64,000 bases of DNA from Octopus bimaculoides (Eukaryota): positions 27,675,893-27,739,892 of the forward strand of contig NC_068997.1 in the NCBI RefSeq assembly GCF_001194135.2, in the 5' to 3' direction. The notes beneath the pieces are model-generated. The model was not told where the DNA came from and did not search any database. It saw only the letters and a program-made list of their open reading frames with translations. The position numbers and the translations under genes were made by a program. Below are positions 1 to 13,704 of the stretch, one piece after another (the first letter of the stretch is position 1; each line of letters begins with the position of its first letter).

Positions 1-1151
1 TGGATAAGATTTCAAACTATTCACTCGATATATTTTTCCAAAATGCAGAAATGGGATTAGCTCAATTTGTTTTTGTTTTTTGTTTTTTTTTAATGTATGA
101 AACATTAATAGTGATAGACAATAAAAAATAAGTAGAAGCTAAAAATGCATATAACTGTGCTGTAAATAAATTTAGCTACTTTAAACAGGATGAATTTTTT
201 TCTATTTTTTTTTATACATAAGCAATAAATATTAATTAGAATATTACTTGTAAGTAGAGGTGTGTGTGTGTGTGTGTGTGTAAATTATATATATATAACA
301 CAACTCCTTGAAAAGATATGCCATAAATGACACTAAAAAAGTTTGAGAATGAAAAAAAAAATACGATATGAAAATAGTATTGTGAACTGTTGAAAATAAC
401 AGAACTGAAGAATCGACAAAAGTTTAATGAGCTTATAGAGAGGCATTATCATGCACTGTTTTCTGCTTAGTGCCAAAGCTACTGGCCATTTAGGTTAGAA
501 ACAAGAAAACGAAAATAGCAAGAAAACGAAAATGTTATATATAATATGCATTTGTATGTATATATATGCATGTTTGCACATACATACAAACCTATGCATA
601 TAATTACGCTTTCATTTTGTGTGTTTTAGTTTGTAATTATATTATCTATACTATTAACATTCTTTTCTGAGTAATTACTTTTAAAATAAGAAAATTTCCT
701 CTTTTTACTGAAATTCTATTAAAATAACATTGATAGCATGGAATTAGAGGATTGATTTAATTAAAGAAAATATTAAATAAAAAAGAAACTGTTTCAGCTC
801 TTTAGCTAAATGTTAATTACATGATTTCAAAATTTGTAGGAAAAAAAAAAAAAAAAATCAAAGATTTTGTAATCCATTTTTAATTACAAATTAAAGAAAG
901 CAGTGCAAAACTACCAGGAATGATTTTATTCTTCAATAAATAATTAAACAGGATCACAGAAAATATAACACTAGAAAGAAATTGCTATATATTTTCATAC
1001 AGATAGGCCATCTTAATTGNNNNNNNNNNATAACACTAGAAAGAAATTGCTATATATTTTCATACAGATAGGCCATCTTAATTGGTTAATTATTTTATAC
1101 ACAAATTTACTAGCCTTGAAAAAAATTCAGGTGTCAAATTCAAAATATCAA

Positions 1152-1195
<44 letters not shown>

Positions 1196-1970
1196 AATGA
1201 TGCCAGTACCTCCTGACTGGCTCCTGTGCCGGTGGCATGTAAAAAGCACTGTCCGAATGTGATCAATGCCAGGACTGCCTGACTGGCCCCTGTGCTGGTG
1301 GTACGTAAAAAGCACCATCCAGACGTGGCTGATGCCAGTACCCACCAACTGGCACCCGTGCTGGTGGCACGTAAAAAGCACTATCTGAATATGATTGATG
1401 TGAGGACTGCTCGACTAGCTCCTGTGCCAGTGGCATGTAAAAAGCACCGACTACATTCTCGGAGTGGTTTGTGTTAGGAAGGGCATCCAGCTATAGAAAC
1501 ACTGCCAGATCAGATTGGAGCCTGGTGCAGCAACTGGCTCTCCAGACCTCAATCAAACTGTCCAACCCATGCCAGCATGGAAAATGGACGTTAAACAATG
1601 ATATATATGGTGGCTGAGTTTCTTTTGTGTGATGGGCCTCACGGAGGCAATAACTGAGACCTCTGGCATTATGTTGGGCATGGAAAGAAGACCCATCAAG
1701 CTGAGCAAAATCGCAGTCATTGCACATACCGGTGTCATGCAAATCGGCACCCGTGCTGGTAATACGTAAACACACCCCGGTGTCATGCAAATGGCACCCG
1801 TGCCAGTGGCACGTAAGAACACCCATTACACTCTCAGAGCAGTTGGTGTTAGGAAGGGCATCCAGCCATAGAAAACCATGCCAAATCAGACTGAAGCCTG
1901 GTGCAGCCTTTCAGCATGCCAGCCCAGTCAAACCATCCAACCCAATGCCAACATGGACAATAGACGTTAG
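1196..1970 (+). mobile_element. Two tandem 3'-end copies of an RTE-clade LINE (3' UTR-derived short elements)
   Basis: Reiterated gtgccggtggcatgtaaaaagcac units, the ggaagggcatccagctatagaaac block twice (about 1478 and 1851) and ccatgccagcatgga...gacgtta tails. The same module follows RTE C-terminal coding sequence at 34140 and 46710. Confidence 0.75.
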
Positions 1971-2438
1971 TATCACTAAACATGTATAGATGTTCACCTC
2001 ACAATCATAAGGCCTCAGTTTCAATTCCACTATAGGGCATCTTGAGCAAGTGTATTTCCAATAGTTTTAAGTGACCAATACCTTTTCAGTTAAATCAAGT
2101 TGATGGAAACTGAGTAGAAGTCCATTGGATCTATGGTACCTATAATTCAAAAGTCCAGATGATCCTACCTGAGAATGACATTAAGAGTTACGTGTGTTTG
2201 TGGAATGCTCAGCCACTTACATGCTAACTCTGTGAACCTAGTAGTTTAGTTGATGGAACAACTAAAACAGCCATTGTCACAAATTTTGAGCTATTATACA
2301 TAAGAGCTAAGGCTGTCTATAGGAAATACATATTTTATGTAAAATCACAAAGTATTCTCAACCTTAACGGTTTTAATTACATTATGTTGAAGATTATTAT
2401 ACAAATTCTTAATAAACATCATTTGCTGCTGCTACTGC

Positions 2439-2484
<46 letters not shown>

Positions 2485-2945
2485 CTTTTAGTTTGAATAA
2501 TAAATACAAATATGAAATAAAATTCAAATTTAATTAGGAAAATACACTTTAGAGAAAAAATGTGAACATTATGTAATATTGAAAAATAAAAACTAATATA
2601 ACTGAAATGATTAATAAACTAGAATTGTTGCAGAATTATGAAGTTCTATCCTAATTGAATTAAACTAAATAAATCAATTTGAAAATGAAATATATATACG
2701 TATATGATTTTAAATTGTTTGAAAGAAACCAGAAAGATGATTGACTTTGTTGAACAATAGCTTTGACACAGAGCAGTAAATGCAAACTAAACAAGCAAAC
2801 CTTTTTTCTGTATAAAGGGAAAACAATTAAGATGAAATGCTGTAAAAACAAAAAGAGAACTCAATTTAAAATACAACAACACACATACAAGTTCACACAA
2901 ATTGAAATTCAAACTAAGAGTGGATGAAAGCTAGAGAGTAAGTAC

Positions 2946-2967
2946 CTTGTGTCACTTTCTGCGACAT
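2946..2967 (-). CDS. Candidate first coding segment (MSQKVTQ + 1 nt) within exon 2946-3009 of an unidentified gene that continues towards or beyond position 1
   Basis: Very long polypyrimidine acceptor (tttcttttagttgttttctttttttctactttgcag|TGTC), ATG in an AATCATGT context with an upstream in-frame stop, donor AAG|GTACTT. The protein is not recognised. Confidence 0.4.
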
Positions 2968-4757
2968 GATTCGGCACCACTTAAACCAGCACTGCTATAC
3001 AACTTGACACTGCAAAGTAGAAAAAAAGAAAACAACTAAAAGAAATGGTAGTAAACAATTGGTAACTAACAATGCAATAGATAACTAAAATATAAAAAGA
3101 AAGAAAGCAAGAGAAAAGGACATTGCTACTTTTACTGAAGAAAACAGAGCCCAATGAAGATGATATAGAAATTCTATGTGTTGTCATAGGAACAACACAC
3201 AAGGAAATTTGAAAAATAACCTTTCCATTAAGTTAAAATGTTAGAACAGAAATAGTTTGTTTTTAATAGGAGGAAGCAGTTTATTGCTTTATCCTCATCT
3301 TCAGGTCAATACTTCAGCCTGTACACACCCCACCTTCATGTATTTCATTTACATAATCTGTAAATGTACCGGATGAAATTATTCCTCCTTTCTGCTTGTG
3401 TGCACATTTATATGGACACACTGACACTGAGGCATGTAAATACAAATATGCATATATACCTATGTATAATTTATACCTATATAAACACATGCATGCACAT
3501 TATAGTTTGGCCACTGTTGGCTAGTGTCCCATAGTTGTGGGTTGACTAATACCTTGTGAATGAAATAAGTGGATGAAAACTGGAAGAAGCCTGTGACATG
3601 TGTGTGTATGGAGGAAGAGGTATCATTATCATTTATTGTCTACTTCTCCATGTCTGCATGGATCAGATGGAATTAGTGAAGGCAGATTTTCTACAGCCAG
3701 ATACCCTTCCTAATGCTAGCCCTCATCTGTTTCCAAGATAATATTTCCCATAGCCAGGAATGTTTCTCAAGAAACAAAAGTAAAAACTTGGAAACAAACA
3801 ACACTAGTATGACAAGTGATGCTCATTTACATCCAACATATGACATCAAGACCTTCTGGTAAAAGACTAAAAGGCTTAGTTGCAATTTTGTGGGTGAGAG
3901 AACTTGTGGATTATGTGATGCATGGTTTGGGTGATGGTTTTCAAACCATGCAGTGGTAAGTAAAAGTCATCCAGTTGGTAAGGGTGGGTAACTTTTTAAA
4001 CCCTACAGGCCATATTCTCTGACCTGCTACAACACAGTTATGAGTGAACCACAAAGAGTTGTGAGGTTTGACTGTGTTGGGAATGTGAAGTGACATGCCA
4101 CGGGGATGCTTTTAGTCTGATAAGTCAGAGTTTAAACACATGTGCAGCAAAAGTGTTCTCATCTACTAGAGTTCAGGAGGTAGAGAGATGGGGCTTATAT
4201 AGAATGTGGATGTGTGGTAAGTTGTTGCAATAGGGCAGTAGTTGGACAACTCAGTGATGGTTTAGTAAAGGTTTGAGGGTAAAAAAAGATCAAAGATGTT
4301 TGGAGTCAATGACGTACATAGAAGACAAGGCATTGTGAAAGGTTACAATTCTGCACTGACAGCCTACATGTAGGATGAGTGTGAAAGCAAAGAATAATGG
4401 AAATCATAAAAGACAATTACTTCAGACAAAGGTGAAGTGAAACACATATCCTTGATGCAGGAAGAGACATGGTTAAAGAGTTGTTGGTAGTTGAAGGAGT
4501 TCAGAAAGAGGGAGAGGAAACATGTATTTAGAAAGACGGAAGAAAATAAACTGTGGCAGATTAAATTGGAAGCATTTATTCTTGATATCCAAGACTGAGC
4601 AATGGGAAAGTGGTCTATACACAGACATCTTTCAGAGCATACAGTGTAGAAGGGATGGCAGAGATGGAGTGTAAACAAGGGAAAGTAGATCTAAGATGTG
4701 TAATTTATGTGTAAAAACCTAAAGTGTTGTGGGGAAATGTCTTATACTTACCTATTT

Positions 4758-4791
<34 letters not shown>

Positions 4792-7091
4792 CATCAACAT
4801 TATTTTAATATTCACTTTCCCATGCTTACATTTATTGAAGCAGGTTTTCTACAGCCAGATGCTCTTCTTGTTGCCAACCCTCACCTATTTCCAAGCAGGG
4901 TAATACTTCCCCATAACCAAACATGCTTTTGCATAATATGAGATGAGAATGACACTAATTACAACTATCACACAATATTAAGACAAGGCAATGCAAACAT
5001 ACACCTATTCTCTCTCACATATGCAATACGTGCAATGGGTTTCTTTCAGTTTCTGTTCAACTAATCCACTCACAAAGCTTTGGTTAGCCTGGGGCTATAC
5101 TCCAAAGACAAGTTATGCAGTGGGACTGAATCTGAAACCATGTGGTTTGGAAGCAAACTTAACCACACAGCCATGCCTATACACACACACACTGTTGATT
5201 CAACTAATACAGTAGAAACATAGCTTGTCCCTATGCTAAGGATTACCACTATTGAGTGGAAGAAACGGAAAACATCTTGTTAGAAACTATTTCAATTAGA
5301 AACACTGAGATAAAAGGAGAGAAGCAGTCATATTTACCAAATCAGTTTCAGTTGAGGAACATTTATTGATTAGATTTTCTATAATTTCCCCAGAAAGTGT
5401 TTGTGCATGTAGAGTACAAAGACAGTGTACAAAGATAGAGTACAAAGACAGTACTGCTCCCACAATCCAATGAGTTTACATCTTTCTTTTTCTCTCTTGC
5501 TCCCTCTCTCACACAAACATACACACACATTTGCTTTTTTCATATTAGCACAAGCAATTTTTGAACAGAACAATTGCTTTCATAGCAGGCTATCCTCAAC
5601 AAAGAAGAGAGAGTGAAGCAAGTAGTTATATACATTGCACAAGACAATAAAGACAAACAGAATAGCTACAGAAATGTCTGAAGTCATAGCCAGGATGTCA
5701 ACAGTCCAATATGTTCATCACACACTCATTAAAGATAAAAGAAAAAAAACAGAATATATATAGATCTACAGGGAAAATATCTTAAACTGAGTAAAATACT
5801 TATTCTTCCTAATTTGCTAATTACATCACCTCTCACAAAACACATTTACCAGTTTCAATTTTTTTCTCAGTCTAATGAGGATGGTCAGACCTCTTAAATG
5901 CTGATGTTCAACTTTTAGCTGTTGAAAGTTAATGACAAATAGGGAAAGCAGGAGCAACACAAGAGGGAGTTCCAGACAAATGCATTTCAGGAGTGTAAGG
6001 ATTAGGAAAAGTGCTTTTTAGTAAACCACAATAGAGAAGGATTAGATAAGGGTGGTAAATATTAGTCCATAGCAGTGGGAGCTTTTATAGTTGTGCAAAG
6101 AGAGGGTAGGACTGATACAATGAGATTGCTTTTCATCTGAGAAGGGAAAGGAACAATGTTCTACAAATGTAGCAGCTGTTGACCAGTTTCTTTCCACCAC
6201 ACGAACATCCTCCAGTTTGGGATATTACAAAAAAAAAAAGTTTAATTGTATTGACAAAATTTGTCTATTGCTTCAATATAGTGATATATAAATTGTACTT
6301 TGAATACTGAGGTCCAGATATCTTGTGCCATTTTAACTTTGGCCCAGTAAAAAAAAAACAAAGGAAAGGGTGAATGTCATGTAGAATGTCAATCAGTTTT
6401 CAGCAGCTAGAATATAGTATACTCTGTCATTATCATTGCCACCATAGTTAAAATTTTATACAATCAGAAAACTGAAGACAAATGGTGGGATAAATAAATT
6501 AACACAATATTTATAAATATAGCAATAGGCTGCCTGGAGACTTTTTAGTCCTTTCACATAGAACTTCTCTAGTGCTAGAGAATACATCTAATTTAAGCTG
6601 CAATGGTTATGATTTTCTCCATTGTTTGTATCGAGTGATGAAAGACTGCTTGAAAGTGTAATGGAACATATCTATCCAATGCATGCCAGTATAGAAAAAT
6701 GGATTGATAATCACTATTGATTAGAGAAGGAATGTAACAGATTAGGCGTCATCTTGTAAAGTGCGATGAAAAATAGCTAAAACAGGAATGTGAATCCCTG
6801 AATAGAGGCAGATTTGTTACATTTTAAAGTTTGTTAAGATAGTTAATTCTACCTGCTTTTTTGTGTAACAGAACCTTTTGCGATAAACATTTAAAAGGTG
6901 GAGGGTATGACTCATTGTAACATTTTGAAAAGTAACATACTTAGCACTAAAAGAAAATATTGTTCGCTGAAAGCCTATGCCACTCCTATTGCACAAATGA
7001 ATGGCAAAAGTTTTTTTTTTTTAAATTTTTTTTAAGAGCAATCTAGATGAAGAAAAGAATTATTGTGCTCGCAATTTTACCCTATACTCAC

Positions 7092-7102
7092 TCATGTGAA
7101 TC
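7092..7102 (-). other. Candidate 11-nt micro-exon
   Basis: Minus strand reads gatctatttttcag|GATTCACATGA|gtgagt. Could be a chance match in AT-rich DNA. Confidence 0.2.
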
Positions 7103-7669
7103 CTGAAAAATAGATCTAAAAACTTGTGGCTGAAACAAACAGAGAAATACACACAACATGCTTGTGTGCAACCATATTCACTGAAAAGCCACCTGCTCCA
7201 GTGACAAATTCTCCCACTATGATAAGTTTTTTGTTTCTGACCTACTGAAAAGCTATTGTATTAGTTTCTATTTTTATAAATCATTTGATTCTATTCCAAC
7301 AAAGTATACAACACCTTGCCAAGCCAAATTATCTCTACCCATAGAGTCTTCAGTAAACATGTACGTTCCATTATGAAAACTAATTCTCCTTAGAATTCCT
7401 TTTCCAGTTCATGCAATCCTACTCAATGATTCAGATTATCAACTGAACTCATCCCATCTAATCTTGCGGAATGAAAGGCAAGAAACAACTAAGCAGATGT
7501 TCTATGGAAACACCATCCTCCAACACACACACACATACATCTTTAATGAGCTATTAATTTCATTCTATAATTTTATATCAGTCATCCCTTCTTCAGTTTT
7601 CTTTCTAAAACTTTTGTCTAAAAAATTTGTAACAAATTATAAAAATTTTTACATAACTAAAATACTCAC

Positions 7670-7724
7670 CTTCAAGTCACTTTAGATGATAGCTTGTCTT
7701 CTACATCTTACTTTCATAATTTAC
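7670..7724 (-). other. Candidate 55-nt non-coding exon
   Basis: Minus strand reads ttcttttattttacag|GTAAATTATG...GACTTGAAG|gtgagt. Both splice sites are strong; all three frames contain stops. Confidence 0.35.
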
Positions 7725-10700
7725 CTGTAAAATAAAAGAAATTTGAGTTTAGCAGAGGGAAGTAGTCATTCATGTTCTCAAACATAGCTTCAAATAATTT
7801 TCATTTTGTCATTAAAATGAAAATTAGCCTTTTTTAATAGGTTTTATTTTTACTCTTTTATTTGTTTCAGTCATTTGACTGTGGCCATACTGGAGCATTG
7901 CCTTTAGTCAAACAAACTGACCCCAGAGCTTATTCTTTGTAAGCCTAGTACTTATTCTATCAGTCTTTTTTGCCAAACCGCTAAGTTACGAGGATGTAGA
8001 AGAAAATAATATTGCAAAATTCTTGTTTCTTTTGGGTACCCCCTTGTATAATTTAGTTTTGGCTAAATGTTTATAGACAAGTTTTTTATAACATGATATT
8101 GTTAAGTCCATCATGTATCACTGCTGCCGTTCCATAGTTCTGCAATCACTGGTTTAAATTTTAAACCTATTTTGGTTAACTTTTCAACTTCCAGATCAGC
8201 AAAATGTTTATATTCATCCACCAAACAATTCATTGACTATATATACTACACAAAATGTAGACATTCTCCAGTTCCCTATTGATAACTTCCAATACTTGTT
8301 AAAATAAGCTAGATTCATAGCTCTATTCTACAACCCAAGCTCAAAAATAGAATACATATACAGTTCCATTTCCACAAAGCTTCTTCAAAATGTCTAAGTT
8401 TCTACATGTTTCCAAAGTATATTCCAATAGTTTACATTTGGCCTATCTGTTTTCAAATTTAGTGTTCATGACAATGGACATCATTTAATTCAACTTTTCT
8501 AAATTACTGTTGCTTATTTTATAAGATCTGAAGGAACAGAAAGCAAAATTAATCACAACAGGATTTTGACTATGACAATTTGAAATAGTGCAAGCCATTC
8601 TTCCAATGTTATCACTGTAACTAACTTTACATAGTATTAAGATTCCTATCAAATTTAAACATGACCAGTCTGAAGTTTATTTCACTGTCCAAGACATTTA
8701 CCACAAACAATAGGCTATTCCTTCTTATTAGATGAGCAATTCACCTAAATTAATTAGCCAATAAACAAATTCCCACTTAACAAAAAAAAAAACCCCCACA
8801 GTGGTTGAGAAGATTAAATTATCTTTAAATGAGCTATGTTTTAAATTTCCAAGTAGCTAACTATATCTTTCATAATGTCTACTTTCTTCACTCCATCAGT
8901 AAATTCTCCAACTTACCCAATTTCCAGATATATTCTTGAGAAATAGAAATACAAGGTCAATAATATATTGCAAATCTCAAGGAGATATATGATCATTTAG
9001 AAAAAATTTTTTTTTTTTGATTTTTTTGTTTTGCCAAACTGGCAACCTACAAAATTAATTCACCTTATCACTTCCATGTTGCAGAAAGCACAAGAATTTC
9101 TTCTGGCAGCCATTGCTTCTCTTAATATTACAACATTCCAAATTATGCTGTCTACTATTTCTTTTTCTTGTATAAAAACAGATTTTTGGAAGAATTGTCT
9201 GATATGTTAGACTATATACATATATATATAAAAATTCAACAACCACATTTAAGACCATTCTCTATTTGCAGCGACACATTTCATACATAGAGCAAACATT
9301 TGATAGTAGACAATTTAATCTAGAGTGAAACTAATAACTAATTACCAAGAAACCGAAGACTGTTACTTCAGATTGCCCAATTCATGAATAATGGTGTAAT
9401 TCAGTCTCATAACGAACAATGGCTTTAAACAATATATTTTAAAACCACTATCTCTTTCTTGACCATTATCAAGATACCATCATAATCTTTCAATAGCAGA
9501 TTATATTGCTCTATCTAGATAAATACCAGTCATCTTTACAGCTGCTTTTACCCAATTGAAACATTAGCCTATAAATATTCATTTGACTGAAGAAAAAAAA
9601 TCAAATCAATAAATTACAAGTCATAGCTGGAAAATATACACAAAGAATACAGAAACATACATGTCTGTAGTAATGCACATAAATACACACATATGCTGAA
9701 ATATGAATACATGTACACACACACTAATATACATCATACAATAATATGGATGCACAAATATACATACACACTGTAATAAAGATGCACAAATATACATAAA
9801 CACACACATTTATGTACACATACATACACACACTATATATTTTATACATCATTAGTTTACAGGTTTATATTTTCAGGAGAGTGACTGTTTTGTAGCACTT
9901 TAATGAGAAAGTCAAATTATATCCACAGAATTGCTGACATTTTCAATAACAGTAAGAAAGATTCATTTAATTCTAGAGGAAGAGAACAGTGATGCTTATA
10001 CTTCACTGAACATAAAGTTGAAGCAGTTTTCAGAAAAGAGAAATGCCAGTAAATTGTTGTTTATTTTATTCTATTTGATAGACATCATTATTATAATTTG
10101 TTGTATGCTCGTTCTACTGGCACATCTCACTGCACTTTCTTATTCAATATGTATGAATTACCAGTACAATCATCTCTCATGCATACTGCAGCCAATGCCT
10201 TTGTTATACAATGCTATTATTTTGTAGTTATATACATATAGGAGATATTTTAGTAGATATTCATCACATATTTACTTCTGCTGATTTACACAATTTGGAA
10301 AATTACATTTTAAAGTACCAGATTTTATTATGGCTAAGTGTAATTTCAGTATACACCAATTGTCTGTAAAATAAATTTGACATGAGCAAAAAGATGTGGG
10401 AAGTAAATAATCAATCTAAGGAAGACCTGAGGGAAAAAATAAATCTTCAGAATGGCTATATTCTATAAAAGATATCAGTGTCTGCTATTCAGTGATAGCG
10501 AAACATAGGAGACTAAGGAAAGTCTGTTCAGAGTAGACAATCAATGTGTGATAAGGAGAGACATTTAAAGCTTTACTTAGAAGTACTCAACTAACAGATT
10601 GATAGATCATACTATTAACTAGTGAATTTGAGCAGGTAGTAATTTTAAGAAGTCTCTCCATACCATCATCAATTACTGCAATGATTTAAGGGTACTCTGG

Positions 10701-13424
10701 GGAGGAAATTCAGAGAGGTTATATCACAAAACATTAGTGTAAAACAGTTGCAAATAAAGTTTAGTTTTTTTCTAAAATGACAGAAGACCAAAACATAAAT
10801 TAAACAAGAGAAGTTGTATACCAGTTGAATAATGGAAGTTGAGACAATAACATATGCGCACTGTACTTAATTGTTTGAACAATTATTGGATTTATTCATG
10901 TGTAAGTCACACCTTAAATGTAGCATGAAACTTTGGTACTAAATTTTTTTCCCTTTATAGTTTTAATTTTGTCCTGGGATTAATTTGCACCCCAACTTTT
11001 AGATAAAAGCAATTAGAAAATAGTGAGACCTATACATGAGTAAATACAGTAACTTTGTTCACAATAACCATGCAGCTGAACTATCTAAATTTTGGGGCTC
11101 AGAGCAGTCTTTGATAGGGTTCTATGTTTACAGACATGTTAGACACAAATGAGTACAAGGTTTATCAAATTGTTGTATAAGATTCTAAATTCTGTAGTAT
11201 GGATTCTGCAATAACAATTAGGTCATTTACATACAAAATATTCTCATGGCTGCTATCAAAGAAAAGGACAAACAAATTCATCTTTAAATTTCTCACAAAA
11301 TGTAAACTGTTCATACTAATTCTAACCTTGGATATGTGGCCTTCACCACCATCTAATTGTTTACTCTTCCTGTCTCACTGACAACCAGACTATAAGGCTA
11401 TAAAGTTACTTGTTTTCTAATATTTTTCAAACAAACAATATTGCTAGAAATACACTAACTTTACATTTTTTTAAAATAAGCATGGATGCTAACAGAAATG
11501 ACAGATGAAAGAAAACCAAAACTTAGAACATCATCAGTGACTGGTTCTCAAATACCTTCATTAACCAATTATAATTAATTACTTCTATTTCCCTCCTCCA
11601 ATGCATCAGCTTTAGCTCCTGAGATTTATTTTGCACTTACAGTTTTTAAAAGACATCAAGTGATCGGTACTTAAAAAAATTGAAGCTAATCATGTAACTT
11701 ATTAATAATCTGATTAGTTAAAATTAATAACTACTGATTCCTAAATTGATTGATGCCTTCAATTAGATTAGCAATGAACTCTGAAGACCCCCCTCAGGTT
11801 CCTATTAATATGTTTAAATGAGTAAACTAATCAATCCTTGTTGCTCTTCACTCATCCCCAATAACATTGTTATACTGCCACCACACCAAAAAGTAAGAGA
11901 ATTTAGGTCACAACTCAACCATTTTGACACACTTTAAATTGATGGAAATTTTGTAGCACACTTCTTGCTGATATTTTCATTTCCTCTCAATTTTAATGTT
12001 ATTCTATGTTGCAAAACTAATTATTCTTTTAGTAGATACAAACAAATAATTTGCATAAGGAATCTAGTACCAGGTATCTTGTATTTTTCTAGCAAACTTC
12101 TCACATATTTTATTAAGTCCCATTCTCTCACACTTTAACCCCTCATCTCCAGCATAAAGTCATCACTCCCTTTACTGTGGCTCCACTCAGATGAAAAGGA
12201 TCTTGGTCTTGTAGACTGTATAGCAACCTTGCTAGTCCCATGAAAAAAAGCACTTAGTACATGCTGTAAGGTGGTTGGAGTTAAGAAGGGGATCCAAAGC
12301 AGATATCAGAGCATGATGCAATCTTTGGACCCACCATATACTGTCAAATCATTCATTCAATGTTAGCATGGAGCATGAATGTCAAACGATAATTATTATT
12401 TTCTATCAGAGTCCTGTGATAATTTATATAAACTAAGTTGATCAATTCCAGAGTTGTGCAAAAAGTAACCAGATTCAACTTCTCTATAAGAATTAGTCAA
12501 ACCTTAAATGATTTTAATATTAAATAAATCTAACACACACAAAATGCAGTTTATGTACTGAGGTCAACTGGATTGATTGCCTAACTCTCCCTTACAAAAT
12601 GCTGGCCTCGTCGTTTATCAAAAGAAATCAATATTAAATGATATTTCTATATCTGCTCTGAACAGAAATTTTATCAGGAGATTCTACAAATTTCAAGATG
12701 TTACAATGTCATTCCAAAGTCACTAGTATGTAATAAACAATATTTTCTACTGTATTTATCATTTATTTTGCAAGTAAAGTTATTTTTCTTCATCTAAGTT
12801 TTCAATAATGCTGAACGTTACACAATACATGCTTTTAATATATAGACACACAATTATTATTATTATTATGTCTACACAATGATTTGGATGTTTATCAATT
12901 GACAGCAATTTTGATTACAAGCTGACCTAGATAGCTTTACACACTAAATTACATGGCAGACAAAATTTCTAAACAAACATCTTAATCGTTCTATCAATAA
13001 AAATAGTCACAAGGACTAAAATTACAGTCTTTTGCATAACACCATTTAATCATCAAATTCTAACATTTAAACAAAAGCTAATTTAGCTAACAGTACAAAA
13101 AAAAAACAAGTATATTAAAAGTATATTAAACAGCTATACCTTTGATATTTAGCATATTAGCTGGAGGACATGATAATAGGAAATTCATTTTTAATTTCTA
13201 TCATACACATTACTTCTTGATATAAAAATGTATATTATAAATCACCAATTGTGATTTATAAAGCTATCTATATTTAAGTGTAATTTGTAATTTAACAAAC
13301 TACATTTACAAGTTACATTTACAGTAAAATAGATAAGGAAGTGTTTATACAAATATGTATAATCTATATAGATAAACTATCAGTACTAGTTTAACATTAA
13401 TGCATATGCTTATGTAGCTTAGAG

Positions 13425-13704
13425 CAGTGCTTCTCAAACTATCTGATGTGGCATACAGGTAGTTTTTTTTTTCCCAATGTGCCAGAGGCTGGTAATATTT
13501 TTTACCAATATTAATTTATATCGAAAACAATATATATATAATGAATATAATAAAAGTTGACAATTTTTTGTATCTAATATTTATTTTATAAACAAATAAA
13601 ACATTTTATAATGTTTCTTTCTTTTCTGGAAACTCGCCACATGCCAGCAGCCAATGGCTCACGGACCAGTGCCAGTCCGCGGAACATCACTTGGAGTAGC
13701 ACTG
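13425..13704. mobile_element. hAT (Charlie-like) MITE, 280 bp, perfect 8-bp TSD
   Basis: Ends CAGTGCTTCTCAAA and TTGGAGTAGCACTG; GCTTAGAG duplicated at 13417-13424 and 13705-13712. Confidence 0.85.

Noticed and set aside
965-1083. Exact ~55-bp direct duplication either side of a 10-N gap
   Set aside because: Typical scaffolding artefact of overlapping contig ends; the same pattern occurs at two other 10-N gaps.
4010-4690. Possible old LINE-like fragment on the minus strand
   Set aside because: The composition differs from its flanks, but I could not read any diagnostic motif.
9069-9212. Possible minus-strand exon with ATG (MAARRNSCAFCNMEVI) and donor AAG|GTGAAT
   Set aside because: The acceptor is ambiguous and no downstream candidate exon keeps the frame open; support is too weak to list.
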